Shown here piece after piece: positions 29,701 to 37,972 of a stretch of DNA of 61,611 nt. Source of the stretch: a virus (lineage: Duplodnaviria > Caudoviricetes); the IMG/VR virus record IMGVR_UViG_3300032216_000320, positions 1 to 61,611 of that record, one strand, 5' to 3'. Position numbers and translations under genes: made by a program. The notes beneath the pieces are model-generated. The model did not search any database. It was not told the DNA's origin and saw only the letters and a program-made list of their open reading frames with translations. Position 1 is the first letter of the stretch. The number at the start of each line of letters is the position of its first letter.

Positions 29701-30948
29701 GCAACCAAACGCAACGTAGGGCAGAAGTTGTTTCATCGTCTTGAGCAATTTACCAAAGCCTCTGACTTGGCGGCACGTCTGGCTGTTTACGAAGAAACCA
29801 TGCGGGATACCAAAGGCGACGAAGTGCTTGCCCAAACCCGTGCACGTGAATTAATTAACTTTAGCCGCCGCGGTTCAAGCTCTGCAATGCGCACTGCCGC
29901 ACGTGTGATTCCATTCTTTAATGCCTACGCACAAGGCATGGATGTGCTGTACCGATCAGCCACAGGTTTGGATTCTTCGTCTGCCTTAAACCGTGCCGCT
30001 GCCCGTAAATTATTCTTAAGCCGTGTGGCCATGATGACTGCGTTGGGTTTTGCATACGCACTTGCCATGAGTGACGATGATGGCTACAAGAACGCAACAG
30101 ATGATGTACGTGACAACAACTGGATTCTTCCTAATGGTTATAAAATTGGTGTACCAAAAGAACTTGGCTTCTTGTTCAAGTCAATCCCAGAACGTGTGGT
30201 TGAGTACTACAACCGCTATGGCACACCAGAAGAGCAACGCTTAACGGAAGCGCTGGGCAGTGTGGTCAAAGGTGCAATGTCTGCGTATGGTTCGCCCAAC
30301 GTGACACCATCGTTCATCAAGCCAATCCTTGAGAACATGACCAACTATTCGTTCTTCTTGCAACGTGAGTTGGAATCTGCATCGCTCAAGCGTTTAGAAC
30401 CCGGCCAACGGTTTACTTCTAGCACTTCCGAACTTGCTAAAGCGTTGGGTGAACAAACTAATATATCGCCTATTAAGATTGATAACTTCTTGCGTGGTAT
30501 GTTTGGTATGGCTGGTTCAACCACACTGCTGGCAACTGACGCTGTGCTGAACCCAACACGCCCTGATCGCCCCTTGTATCAGATGCCATTCGGTAGCTTG
30601 TTCTTGTACGACACCATTGGTGGCCGCGCTAAAAACGAGTTCTATGACCTGCAAGAACGCGTCAGCCAAGCCGATGCTACATACAAAAACTTGCTTGAGA
30701 AAGACCCTGAAAAAGCACAAACGTATCTTGAGAAAAATGAAGCGTTGATTAGTATTGCACCGACTATCAACAACACATTGCAGCAACTGAGCACACTGCG
30801 CAGACTGCGTACCATGTACGAGCAAGGCACTGAAGAAATGCTTGGCATGTCTAGCGCGGAGCGACGTAAATCAATTGACGAAATTCGTGAAGCTGAGAAC
30901 GAAACGTTATCGTTTGTGCGGGAACTCAATAAATCTTTGGAAGATTAA
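23791..30948 (+). CDS. Giant polyvalent internal virion protein (2385 aa): Gly/Ala hydrophobic N-terminus, Pro/Lys/Glu linker, YkuD/L,D-transpeptidase-like domain, HExxH metallopeptidase, LPD38-like C-terminus
   Basis: IAVH...NRISYGCIN; LLHELVHG...EFASEA; NFSRRG...IPFFNAY.QG...PKELG...SPIKID..LRG.FG. Confidence 0.85.
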   Translation: MAYSIRLPDGTLVQNIPDEVTPEAAKAKILQARPDLAPKERSLTEAATDIGASAISGLGSLVQLPGQLYGLATGNMEKTGTLGLGENIQKYGEEMKSAGLKAREAARARNVQEAEKRGQGAAFVTSFAETLKDPALLTSFLAEQVPQLLVPGAGAGIAGRAALKRGIAAGVEEAAAKEAAVQAGTRAAIGVGAVQQGADVGSQAYEDIYKKLIKDGKPAPEAAGIALNLARAAGVSGAVISLLAQRLPGAKALEEALAGKKGVAGVLAGAGKGALGEALSESVEEGGGKFTQNLAMREVDPTQALMQGVGATAGQAAVGGVGMGGGAGAISGLRGGEAPTVQQIPGQPTFTEAQAQAAREARAREQMGVKQGREAREGEKLIDAEAKAQAAQEQAVRVQAEQQAAQELQALRNQRQAELEQAFPKDYSDVMQRTNSYAELYQEKQALLGQTKTKEVKARLKTLDGLMESIVEEDNRVPNEFARMQKENAKVIKKLPKELQAKYAATAFTVPEPQQMEMRAFIDQPPPIQQTNLLGQPIEQEAPAPAEPEFKTVKTREEAQAALDAQNRRKARAGQAERNAAKDAGQLGLFTRVGTPTEQAAVVEEKPPVTEPVVRQKPTPETVAPVITSETLGVLGIGPTAVMRKPGHAIQGLDITKPEDAAEVRNMLNIYKEGRSEKITQKIDAFLARPEFQGLPAPAPKPTPAPKVEAAPTPAPTVAEAPAPTPIVEAPIAEAPAVAPPATTPEIKQPAEKRAANKAAQPSAKKVKKEEAKNEVVQPTAEPTPAPTPAKAVEAPPAPTPPKVVKKTPKKVEAKKEEPKVEPKKEEPKVEPKKEEPKVDKALEKARETADDLDLDPDTTKTKVKSFAKRLHKAGLIDDISLNAVESISKDKDMGTQDLLDEIKFALEAYEGKQKEAPAKPEPKVEAKPEPKVPEPQKAQIEKPFKRLTEDQKQELEEFYGEKRDADAFWDKLRADVITSINKGSKAVAQAIREIVNQIAAGVLAVGLVFNPTALNNQYNINLPKTFKETISVTAPVPEAAKGKMSPLAQSVYEAMAPVAMKTGKWFMVADKPNGMLHIFKEDGSHFISDATLYGKDKGDVLANVSSLEGGAKITPAGKFTLKQSEAEYAGKVALLLVESQDSTGYIAVHAADVSTPSERRLERLETPTSADNRISYGCINTKHETFINEIKPHINELDGGLIFVLPDATEKTAEMFAPETKVVERTEAPAPTAKTEGAREIAKKEETLAETQRLQKPAADLSYVDRPVSVEADLQAKLQEGDVKGALQAILKAPKGVYNDLDRAVARRILLSNKLPTIEMVAEGALGREGNNIVAGQYDAQTDKIQLVNGYAGAHVLLHELVHGFLHRAIALQGAGKLNNVGIRNLQELYEYVAKANPKLIDEYGMTNLSEFASEAMSNKAFQAALMAIPYRRNSNVFTAFANAVLKALGLAADAQHTALASAMLTIDSIMTEGRKIQESLTGTEVEGSLPGIAPVMVKELDDATRQSIKDIQAQFPVGDQLGVGGVVTQALKGVQSARENSGIMNTFRQAVADKYATVEAKVSTMFSQGVRDYFGNINPMLLARQAEDSAKVVMDFFRAGGVRLTKDGLVESYKQGKSMVTALQKVSEYARANNLSYEDAKSEVSTVLEGHRLHNINEEHNKPLEASALILEQQGKNKEADAERKNKITLHMDLKQIATLEKAYQQSAGIREIQDDLNATRTQAVDLMIATGRLTKEQGQFWKDNTAYVPFSRVFEEAVPNMVYRGKGLGVLKKFPGMEGSLGRPVKNVLDSYANRLSWMVEDSMKNHAAVKLLETMELGGFAQEVPTKDKAKNPNLVVSLYRDGKPVLFEVQNEYDLLAFQQAPEMMNGLTKALGATSRWLRLSITAMPPFAIKQVIEDAQRAAFYSGVERPLVVAMKTLYNMPRVFFGEVTGRKSPMVKRMEELGIVGDYDFNVYQPVGDIEKEIGATKRNVGQKLFHRLEQFTKASDLAARLAVYEETMRDTKGDEVLAQTRARELINFSRRGSSSAMRTAARVIPFFNAYAQGMDVLYRSATGLDSSSALNRAAARKLFLSRVAMMTALGFAYALAMSDDDGYKNATDDVRDNNWILPNGYKIGVPKELGFLFKSIPERVVEYYNRYGTPEEQRLTEALGSVVKGAMSAYGSPNVTPSFIKPILENMTNYSFFLQRELESASLKRLEPGQRFTSSTSELAKALGEQTNISPIKIDNFLRGMFGMAGSTTLLATDAVLNPTRPDRPLYQMPFGSLFLYDTIGGRAKNEFYDLQERVSQADATYKNLLEKDPEKAQTYLEKNEALISIAPTINNTLQQLSTLRRLRTMYEQGTEEMLGMSSAERRKSIDEIREAENETLSFVRELNKSLED
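26233..26310 (+). repeat. Three imperfect 27-bp tandem repeats encoding KKEEPKVEP
   Basis: Seen directly in the linker of the giant protein. Confidence 0.85.
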
Positions 30949-30976
30949 AAAAACCCCCGGTGTTTAGCCGGGGGTA
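30947..30976 (-). terminator. Terminator where the late and early arms converge
   Basis: Minus strand ACCCCCGG-CTAAACA-CCGGGGGT followed by a T-run. Confidence 0.8.
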
Positions 30977-31023
30977 ATCCCAAAGGAGAAAGCAAACTGC
31001 AACTTACCGTTGCGGTTCTATTA

Positions 31024-31245
31024 TTACTTAATTCGCCAAACCCGTATACCCCACATGCCATTTTCTATGCGGGGAATTACCTTGACCCTAAAGCCTCGGT
31101 TCTCGGCACGCTGGATGATGCTACGCTCCATACGCCCGTGGTTGATACAGGGCAGGAAGAAAGAGGAGCCAAGCCTGAACTTGCGCCACTCAATCTGTAC
31201 CTGTATGCCCTCAATCTCAAGCGGCTTTTCTATCTTCTGCGTCAT
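31024..31245 (-). CDS. Small putative DNA-binding protein (start revised to MTQKIE)
   Basis: W..FRLGSSFFLP...GIRVWRIK. Confidence 0.65.
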   Translation of the reverse strand: MTQKIEKPLEIEGIQVQIEWRKFRLGSSFFLPCINHGRMERSIIQRAENRGFRVKVIPRIENGMWGIRVWRIK

Positions 31246-34075
31246 CGTTTGGTAGTGCCAACACCGCTTCCGCATCAAACACGTGGCTCATGGTGTCGTC
31301 AATTAACAACGCATTAACTGGGGGTGCTGCCATCAGCGTACCTTTTGCCATACGCTTCTTTACAGAATCCACACTAACGCCTGTATTACGCAGGGCGTTC
31401 ACGGTGTCGTGATAGCTGACCTGATTCTTGGCGCACCATTCTTTGAACTTCTTTTGCACAATGAACAGACGCTTGGTATCAAGCTCATACCGGATTAGCA
31501 ACTCGCCCCGCGGTTCTCGTACCGGTGCTGCAGGTAATCCATTCTCGCTAGGGTTATCCCTAACCAACAAAATGTTGTTAATGTTGGCCATGACAAACGA
31601 ACCGATTGCTGTAGCGCCATCTGTTGGGGCAGCTTTAATGTCGCCCTTGTTAGCCTTGAGCATTACCACAAGCCAGTTGAAGATGCGCTTGACGTCAAAG
31701 TCAATCAAACCCAGTTGGTTGGCAATCAAGCCGCCCGTGATACCCAGTGCACCGATAGACGACCAGAAGCGTTCACGCTGACCCAAACCTGCCGCTGTAT
31801 CCAAACGCAACTGCACATCGCGCAGAGTATCCAGAACTTCAGGTAGGTTGTTGACCACATACTTCATGAAGATTTCACCGGCATGGCCATAGTTGGTTGC
31901 CAGCTTGCCAAACAACGCATCGGTAAATTCTTTTGAGAATGTCTCGTCACGGCGAATCTTCAACTCAATGATACGCATCATCTCGCCTTCAGGAAATTCC
32001 TTTAGGGAAAACAACTTATCGTACAAGCTGCTATTGGATGATGTGATTGCAAGCAAGCGCCAGAACGTATTATTCAAACGCTCAGCGTTGGTCTGTGACT
32101 CCATGCGGTTCTTGCCGCGGCCTTGGGTGATAGCGTATGACAACTGCGACACCATTTCATCACGCATGTTGGTGACTTCATCGATCGTTGCAGGTATGTT
32201 GTTCAGAACCCCGAAGCGGTGAATCTTGGCGTTGTACGTATCATCGTTCTGAAGTAGTAGGTCGAACGGTTGCCCCCAGATACTATTGATAGCCATCTGC
32301 ACGGTTGACTTACCTGTGCCAGAGCCGGGACTCATCAGGTTCACAATGCCACCGCGCACTTGAGTAAACGGCATCAGCACCCCACCAAACCCAAGCATGA
32401 ACGCGAAGGCTTGAGCTTCCATACCGTTGTTGTTATAGAAGTTAACCACAGACTTCCATTCGTCTAGTTCGCCCTTCTTTGACAGCAGCGCACAGGTATG
32501 CAAGATTGAACTTGCAGGGGGGCTATACCTTACGCCTGTTGTTGTGATCTCACGATCGCCAAGGATGAAAGTCTTCTCATCCGTCCAACCAAATTGGCTT
32601 CTTACTTTTTCAGCTTGTCCCATAACTTGCAATTCCTTTACCCAACGGGAAACATAAAACATTAACTCATCTACAGTCTTACCCAGTACCGCCATGCCCT
32701 GCGTTGCGATGGCATCACGAAAGCGATCTTTTGACAACACACTGACCAACGGCACTGAGAACTCACGCACACCATCTTTAGGTAGGTGCAGGCGCATCCA
32801 TAGAACTTCACCAGCCACAGGGTCATGCATACGCTTGACCACGTAGAAATCATTTTCGTAAATCAACTTATCGTTGCCTTCTTCTTCGGTTTTGTTAGGG
32901 TCGCCACGGCGGTAGATGCCACCGTACTTGCCACGAAAAAAGGGGAACGGAAAAGCTGGAATGTTATAGACCCGCACATCTTTTGTGCCAGAGTCAACAG
33001 TTGTGATTGTGTTGTCTTCTTCGGTTGCTTCAATGATCTCTTTACCCAACACGATGGGCGAACCAAACTTACCTTTATGCTTGCAGTCTTTGCAACCCCC
33101 GGGTCGTAAGTCTTCAAACGTTGCACAGGTATACGGGCCTTTGGTTTCGCCAGCCTTCTTGTCTGTCTCGTAAGAGTTGTAGCTTTCATGTTGGCTCGAC
33201 ATCTCATGAATGGCAGTCTCACGATCTATGCAAAGATGTGCAATGGAAAGCCCCGCACGCCACAAAGGTTCTGCTACTTGCTTCTGGTGCTCAACGATGT
33301 GGTTCAGTTGGCCACACCCCTCAACCTTCAGGGCAATAATCTTTTCAAAGCGATACGAATTGTTCTGCCCCATGAGGGCTTTGCTGGTCGCGTCAGACCC
33401 AGCGTTCTTGATGTAGTCGGGCACTTCAAAGGGCAACGCGTCAGTAGACTGGCTTGGCTCGGGCGCACCCAGTGCGGCTGCGAAATCAAACAGGTCAACC
33501 TTGCCGTCACCACTCATGTACTCCACGGGAAGTGGGGCATCAGGATTTTTGAAGTTGTGTGTAGTTGGCACGCGCAGGATACGCGCCATGTCAGTTGTGC
33601 AAGCGGGATCAGCAAATAAGCCGCGTTCAGTGCAAACATTCTTCAAACGCTTGGCCACAGGTAGCCATGTGTTCTTGTCAATACTCTCAGGCAGTACCCA
33701 GTACGCATGCACTCCGTTACCAGAGTTGATGCAGATGGGTTGAGGTAGGTTCAGGTCAGCGCAAAACTGTCCCAGTGCCGCCATTGCCAGATCACGTGAT
33801 GCGTAATCTTTTGTGGGGCCACAGTCCAGATCAAGCCAAAATGCTTTGGCCTTGTATGCGTTGGCGGCTAGCCTACGGGGTGGCGTAATCTCTGGGTCAA
33901 ACGAAAACATCGCATAGTACGTGTCTGCGTTGGCGTCATAGATATCTTGGATTTCCGTGATGAGAGATGGAATGTCCGATGCAAAACGTGTACGTAACTT
34001 TTCCTGCTTAATACCGACCGCGCAGTACTTGCCAGCGTCGGGCAGAACTGCATTTAAAAATTCGGTCAATGTCAT
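31217..34075 (-). CDS. Primase-helicase (N-terminal primase with DLD and NSGNGVHAYW; C-terminal DUF927-type helicase)
   Basis: FWLDLD, SGNGVHAYW, RILRVP; Zn motif C..C.H; Walker A GSGTGKS; Walker B TIDE. Confidence 0.88.
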   Translation of the reverse strand: MTLTEFLNAVLPDAGKYCAVGIKQEKLRTRFASDIPSLITEIQDIYDANADTYYAMFSFDPEITPPRRLAANAYKAKAFWLDLDCGPTKDYASRDLAMAALGQFCADLNLPQPICINSGNGVHAYWVLPESIDKNTWLPVAKRLKNVCTERGLFADPACTTDMARILRVPTTHNFKNPDAPLPVEYMSGDGKVDLFDFAAALGAPEPSQSTDALPFEVPDYIKNAGSDATSKALMGQNNSYRFEKIIALKVEGCGQLNHIVEHQKQVAEPLWRAGLSIAHLCIDRETAIHEMSSQHESYNSYETDKKAGETKGPYTCATFEDLRPGGCKDCKHKGKFGSPIVLGKEIIEATEEDNTITTVDSGTKDVRVYNIPAFPFPFFRGKYGGIYRRGDPNKTEEEGNDKLIYENDFYVVKRMHDPVAGEVLWMRLHLPKDGVREFSVPLVSVLSKDRFRDAIATQGMAVLGKTVDELMFYVSRWVKELQVMGQAEKVRSQFGWTDEKTFILGDREITTTGVRYSPPASSILHTCALLSKKGELDEWKSVVNFYNNNGMEAQAFAFMLGFGGVLMPFTQVRGGIVNLMSPGSGTGKSTVQMAINSIWGQPFDLLLQNDDTYNAKIHRFGVLNNIPATIDEVTNMRDEMVSQLSYAITQGRGKNRMESQTNAERLNNTFWRLLAITSSNSSLYDKLFSLKEFPEGEMMRIIELKIRRDETFSKEFTDALFGKLATNYGHAGEIFMKYVVNNLPEVLDTLRDVQLRLDTAAGLGQRERFWSSIGALGITGGLIANQLGLIDFDVKRIFNWLVVMLKANKGDIKAAPTDGATAIGSFVMANINNILLVRDNPSENGLPAAPVREPRGELLIRYELDTKRLFIVQKKFKEWCAKNQVSYHDTVNALRNTGVSVDSVKKRMAKGTLMAAPPVNALLIDDTMSHVFDAEAVLALPNDDAEDRKAA

Positions 34076-34089
34076 AGAGGTAATTCAAT

Positions 34090-34314
34090 TCAGTGGCGGT
34101 CGATGTAAGTGAGAATCTTTTTTGCGGTTTCAGGCCGTGGCGAATATTCACCCGTGAACCATGCATACACAGTAATTTTTGTTACCCCTGCAATCTCGGC
34201 AACTTTTTTTACTGATATGTTTTTCTTGATACACGCTCGACCAATCTGCACTCCAAGCAACTTACCATCAGCTTTCTTGTTTTTTAGCACGGTGGCTAAT
34301 GTGTAACCAATCAT
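34090..34314 (-). CDS. XRE/Cro-like HTH regulator
   Basis: SVKKVAEIAGVTKITVYAWF.G..P. Confidence 0.8.
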   Translation of the reverse strand: MIGYTLATVLKNKKADGKLLGVQIGRACIKKNISVKKVAEIAGVTKITVYAWFTGEYSPRPETAKKILTYIDRH

Positions 34315-34325
34315 CGCTGTCTTTC

Positions 34326-34398
34326 ATTAGGTGGGGGTACTAAAGGCTACGGCTGATCGTCACGGGGAACCCCCCGAGTCCGACACCTAATTCCCCCC
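34326..34398 (-). ncRNA. Candidate structured RNA with a bulged-G (GAA/AGUA) motif
   Basis: Minus strand GGGGG-GAA...AGTA-CCCCC plus ATTAGGTG/CACCTAAT pairing. Confidence 0.45.
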
Positions 34399-34405
34399 GA
34401 TTGGT

Positions 34406-35284
34406 TTACTCGTCGCCGTCATCAGCCCATGCGTCAAGCACAGAGGCTACGTCTTTGGATTCCGTTTTCTTCACGGCACGTTTGACAGGTTCGTCAACGG
34501 CTTCAGCTTTGGCGGCTGGCTTGGGTGCAGGCTCTACAAAAGGAGAAGCCTTGGGTGCATCACCATCAATCTGAGCAACCGTTTGTGTTACAGCGTTCAG
34601 CGCATCTGCTGATTCACCTTGAGCTTTGCTCTCGGCCAACTCTTCCACAGACAAGGGGCGCACAGCGCGGAATGTCAACTTAGGTGTTGCACTGGCTGTA
34701 TCAAAACGCATCTCGGTCACAACGGCTGTCACGGGAATACCATGGCCACCCAAGAACTTGGCGTACTGTTGCAGGGGCATCTTGCCATTCTCACCTGTGC
34801 CAAAGATTGACTGGCCGGGCAGTGTCAACTGATACACATCACCAGACAAGTTGTTCTCTAGCGCCACGGCAATACGCTGATTAAAGCGGCAAGCACGGCT
34901 GTCGCCCTGACCGGAACCCTTGATGTTCTGCTGGCAGTTCTGGCAGCTAGTGCTTTGTGGATCTTTCACACCTTTATCGGGTGCAACGCCATCAGAAGAT
35001 GAGCATGAAGGTGCAGAGTTCTGGCCTTCAACGTAAGTGCCTGCATAGTATTGGCGTGATGTTTTTTCAGCAGAGCGCACGATTACCACGTTCATGGCGC
35101 GGTCGTCATTCTGTGCAACTTCTTTACCGCCAACAACCATGCGGAATACACCGCCACGGATTGAGATACGCTTGCCATTACCACCGCCACCCATCAGGGC
35201 TTTGGTTGTTGCGTCCAGTTCAAGGTTACGCAAGTGAGCGGGGAGAGTGTTACCACCTTGGGAGAAGAGAGCGATGTCAGACAT
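34406..35284 (-). CDS. Single-stranded DNA-binding/annealing-like protein
   Basis: RISIRGG.F, C.S.DG..P...C..C..N..GS...RAC pattern; acidic aromatic tail WADDGDE; replication module. Confidence 0.6.
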   Translation of the reverse strand: MSDIALFSQGGNTLPAHLRNLELDATTKALMGGGGNGKRISIRGGVFRMVVGGKEVAQNDDRAMNVVIVRSAEKTSRQYYAGTYVEGQNSAPSCSSSDGVAPDKGVKDPQSTSCQNCQQNIKGSGQGDSRACRFNQRIAVALENNLSGDVYQLTLPGQSIFGTGENGKMPLQQYAKFLGGHGIPVTAVVTEMRFDTASATPKLTFRAVRPLSVEELAESKAQGESADALNAVTQTVAQIDGDAPKASPFVEPAPKPAAKAEAVDEPVKRAVKKTESKDVASVLDAWADDGDE

Positions 35285-35495
35285 TTGTCGATTCCTTTTT
35301 GATAAATGTGTTGATGATTTCTAAATCAATGTTGAAAAATTTGGCAAGGTCACTAGCGAAGAATCGATAGTTCTTACCAACGCGGATAAATGGGATACGC
35401 TTCTCAGGGTTTTCTTCCCTAATCAGCGCATGGACAGTTGACGGTGCGACTTGCAAAAGCTTCGCCACCTGCGCCAACGTAAGGGCAGTTTCCAA
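35277..35495 (-). CDS. Excisionase-like HTH protein (TTG start)
   Basis: LTLAQVAKLLQVAPSTV...IPFIRVGKNYRF. Confidence 0.75.
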   Translation of the reverse strand: METALTLAQVAKLLQVAPSTVHALIREENPEKRIPFIRVGKNYRFFASDLAKFFNIDLEIINTFIKKESTNV

Positions 35496-35885
35496 TTAGC
35501 TTCTCCTGACAGTTACAGTATATTTGTGATCCACGTTCAATCCTGTTGGTAAAAGATCAGGATTTTCCCGTAGGAACTCTTTCATATTCAACTGCGATAT
35601 GCGGCGCTCAACTAAGTCAAGTGCATCATGGTCACGGATGAATTTGTGCATGGCGGCCCAGTCACCTGTCCAGTAGCGTGTTTGCACTGTACGAATAGCT
35701 GTACCGTGGGCCGTCTTAATACTCTCGGCTCCAGTTGCTTTGCAAGTCTCAAGCAAGTTTGATTCAACCAAACTCATTTGCTCTTTGATTGCAAGGTCTT
35801 CTGCTTCGTACTTCGCTTTGAGGGCGGCACGAGCATCGCGCATCTTAATGTATGCGCGTACAAGTTTGTCTGCTGTTATATCCAT
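35496..35885 (-). CDS. Conserved phage replication-module protein
   Basis: YIKMRD...SIKTAHGT...DW...RISQ...PTG. Confidence 0.7.
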   Translation of the reverse strand: MDITADKLVRAYIKMRDARAALKAKYEAEDLAIKEQMSLVESNLLETCKATGAESIKTAHGTAIRTVQTRYWTGDWAAMHKFIRDHDALDLVERRISQLNMKEFLRENPDLLPTGLNVDHKYTVTVRRS

Positions 35886-35912
35886 TTAAGTTTCCGTTTC
35901 GTTTTTTGGTTA

Positions 35913-35940
35913 ATGATACATCCAATCTTTACTTTGTCAA
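35913..35940 (-). promoter_or_regulatory. Sigma70-like promoter
   Basis: TTGACA-N16-TATCAT on the minus strand. Confidence 0.65.
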
Positions 35941-35954
35941 GTACCTCCATAAAT

Positions 35955-37511
35955 TTATTTGTTAAGGTTGAATTCGTCTTTATAAAGTTCCATCAAATTG
36001 AATTGCGCTAACTCTTTGGTTTCCAAAGCCTTGTACAGCTTGGCCTCTACTGGACTTCCTTGGAGCTTGACAACCAAACATTTATTCTTCTGCCCTGCCC
36101 TGTGGATACGTGCATTGGCTTGCGCGTATGTCTCGTATGATGTAATGGGCGCCCACCAAACGATCGTGTTAGCCGCGTGCAAGGTGACACCGTGTGATGC
36201 AGCTTGAGGCTGTATGACAAGCACTTGCGGGTCTTTTTCATCTTGGAACTTACGAAAGATTTCAGTGCGCCTACCCGCCGGTACCCCACCGTGTATCACG
36301 TCAACCGTGTAGCCATCCCTGCGCAACTCTTCGTACAGAATCTCAATCGCATGGCGGTATGGGGCAAACACCAACACCTTATGGCTGGATTCGTCAATCA
36401 CTTCCTTGAGCACGGCTGTGCGGCTACTGGCATCAAAGGTCACGATCTCGCCACTATCGGAATAGACTGCGCCACAGGAAATCTGTAAGAGTTTGTTCAG
36501 CTTGGCCGCAGCATTGATCGCCGTAACTTCTTCGCCTGCCGCTTGCATGGCCATCACCTTGCGAAGCTTCTCGTAATAGCGCACTTGCTGTGGTGTCATT
36601 GGTACTTCACGCTCGGTGTAAAGCAAGTCCGGCAAGTCAAGGCACTGCTCTTTGGTAAACCTGATCGCAGGCTGAAGCAGTGTGCTGACCACCTGCTCTG
36701 CTTCCCGTTTGGGTGCCCACTTAAACTGAGTGATCTTGTTCATCACCTGATCGCGGTACATGGAAAAGCTTCGGGGCGTGGCTGATGGGTTGACTAATTT
36801 TGCAAGGCCATACGCATCAAGCGGTGACTGAGAAGCAGGCGTACCTGTCAACATCCACAACCACATGTTTGGTTTAAGTATTCGGTTCAGTGTCTTCCAA
36901 CGTGTAGTGGTTGCGGTCTTGTAAGCGTTGGCCTCGTCGATTACCACCATGTCAAAGTTTGCGTTAACGATGTCGTCTTCCACGATCGGCACGCCGTCGT
37001 AATTGATGATGACGAACTCTGCATCTGAATTGATTACTTGCTGCCGCTTTTCTCTACTGCCGTATGCGATACCAACCTTGCGGTGCATGGCCCCTTTGAA
37101 GATGTCGTTTTGCCACGCTGACTGCATGATTGACAGGGGGCAGATAATCAGCACACGTTTGATGTGCTTGGTATTCATCAGATAATCGCACGCCCATGTG
37201 ACTGATAACGTCTTGCCTGTGCCGGGTTCAGAGAAACAAAAAGCCCTTCTGTGCAGAGTAAGAAACGCGGCTGTTTGTTTCTGGTGTGTAAATGGTTGAT
37301 AGATACCGGGCCAACTGTATTTGGCAACGATGGGTGAAGGCACGTTCTTGACTTTCAGGTTTTTTAACACCTGCGCTTCTTCCAAACCCCAGTGCACCAT
37401 CACCGTACTGATGGGGCCTTCCTCAAGCAGTGCGCTCTTGGGTATCACGTTTAGAACCTTATACGGGTTCTTTAATCTAAGTTTTAATGCTTTTCCGTCA
37501 ATGATTTCCAT
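35955..37511 (-). CDS. SNF2-family helicase (start revised to MEIIDG)
   Basis: EPGTGKT, VIDEA, LTGTP, HGVTL, QANARIHRAGQ. Confidence 0.92.
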   Translation of the reverse strand: MEIIDGKALKLRLKNPYKVLNVIPKSALLEEGPISTVMVHWGLEEAQVLKNLKVKNVPSPIVAKYSWPGIYQPFTHQKQTAAFLTLHRRAFCFSEPGTGKTLSVTWACDYLMNTKHIKRVLIICPLSIMQSAWQNDIFKGAMHRKVGIAYGSREKRQQVINSDAEFVIINYDGVPIVEDDIVNANFDMVVIDEANAYKTATTTRWKTLNRILKPNMWLWMLTGTPASQSPLDAYGLAKLVNPSATPRSFSMYRDQVMNKITQFKWAPKREAEQVVSTLLQPAIRFTKEQCLDLPDLLYTEREVPMTPQQVRYYEKLRKVMAMQAAGEEVTAINAAAKLNKLLQISCGAVYSDSGEIVTFDASSRTAVLKEVIDESSHKVLVFAPYRHAIEILYEELRRDGYTVDVIHGGVPAGRRTEIFRKFQDEKDPQVLVIQPQAASHGVTLHAANTIVWWAPITSYETYAQANARIHRAGQKNKCLVVKLQGSPVEAKLYKALETKELAQFNLMELYKDEFNLNK

Positions 37512-37519
37512 ACATACTC

Positions 37520-37690
37520 CAATGCAAAACAGACCAAAAGTGACATCCACTTTTGATCGCTATGTGACACCTTACGGGTGTCAATCGGCCAGATCATCGA
37601 AACGGAAAGTAAAGACTCTGACTGGTGCGGTTTACGGGTTCAACTTTAAAGCCCCCCATGCCACCACTCACACCTGACGTGGCACGTATT
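37520..37690 (-). ncRNA. Multi-stem structured intergenic RNA / helicase leader
   Basis: Hairpins 37659-84, 37586-37624, 37565-83 and 37532-58; possible pseudoknot 37669-74/37624-29. Confidence 0.5.
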
Positions 37691-37692
37691 CT

Positions 37693-37971
37693 TTATTTCT
37701 TCTTAGGTTTGTTTACCTTCACGGTGTGGTCGCTGTTGCGGCTGAATGAACGGTTGGCGCTCGGTGCTTTGAGTTGCAGGTTGCTTTTGGCCGTGCTTCC
37801 ACCTTTAGATAGTGGGCGCTTGTGGTCAATATCTTTTCCTTTGCGATCAATGCCTTCGCGGTCGTATAAGTCGCGTGCTTGTTCACGCTTTCTTCTTGTA
37901 GGTAATTCATTTCTATCCAACTGTTGTTGGTATTCTTTCTTGTAGGGTCTGGCTTTGTTTACGTAGGGCAT
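37693..37971 (-). CDS. Small HNH-like protein (start revised to MPYVNK)
   Basis: DIDHKRPLSKGG...NL......NR. Confidence 0.8.
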   Translation of the reverse strand: MPYVNKARPYKKEYQQQLDRNELPTRRKREQARDLYDREGIDRKGKDIDHKRPLSKGGSTAKSNLQLKAPSANRSFSRNSDHTVKVNKPKKK

Positions 37972-37972
37972 G

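Noticed and set aside
35563-35576. TTTTCCCGTAGGAA as an eighth palindrome copy
   Set aside because: The left arm is incomplete and it lies inside a CDS.
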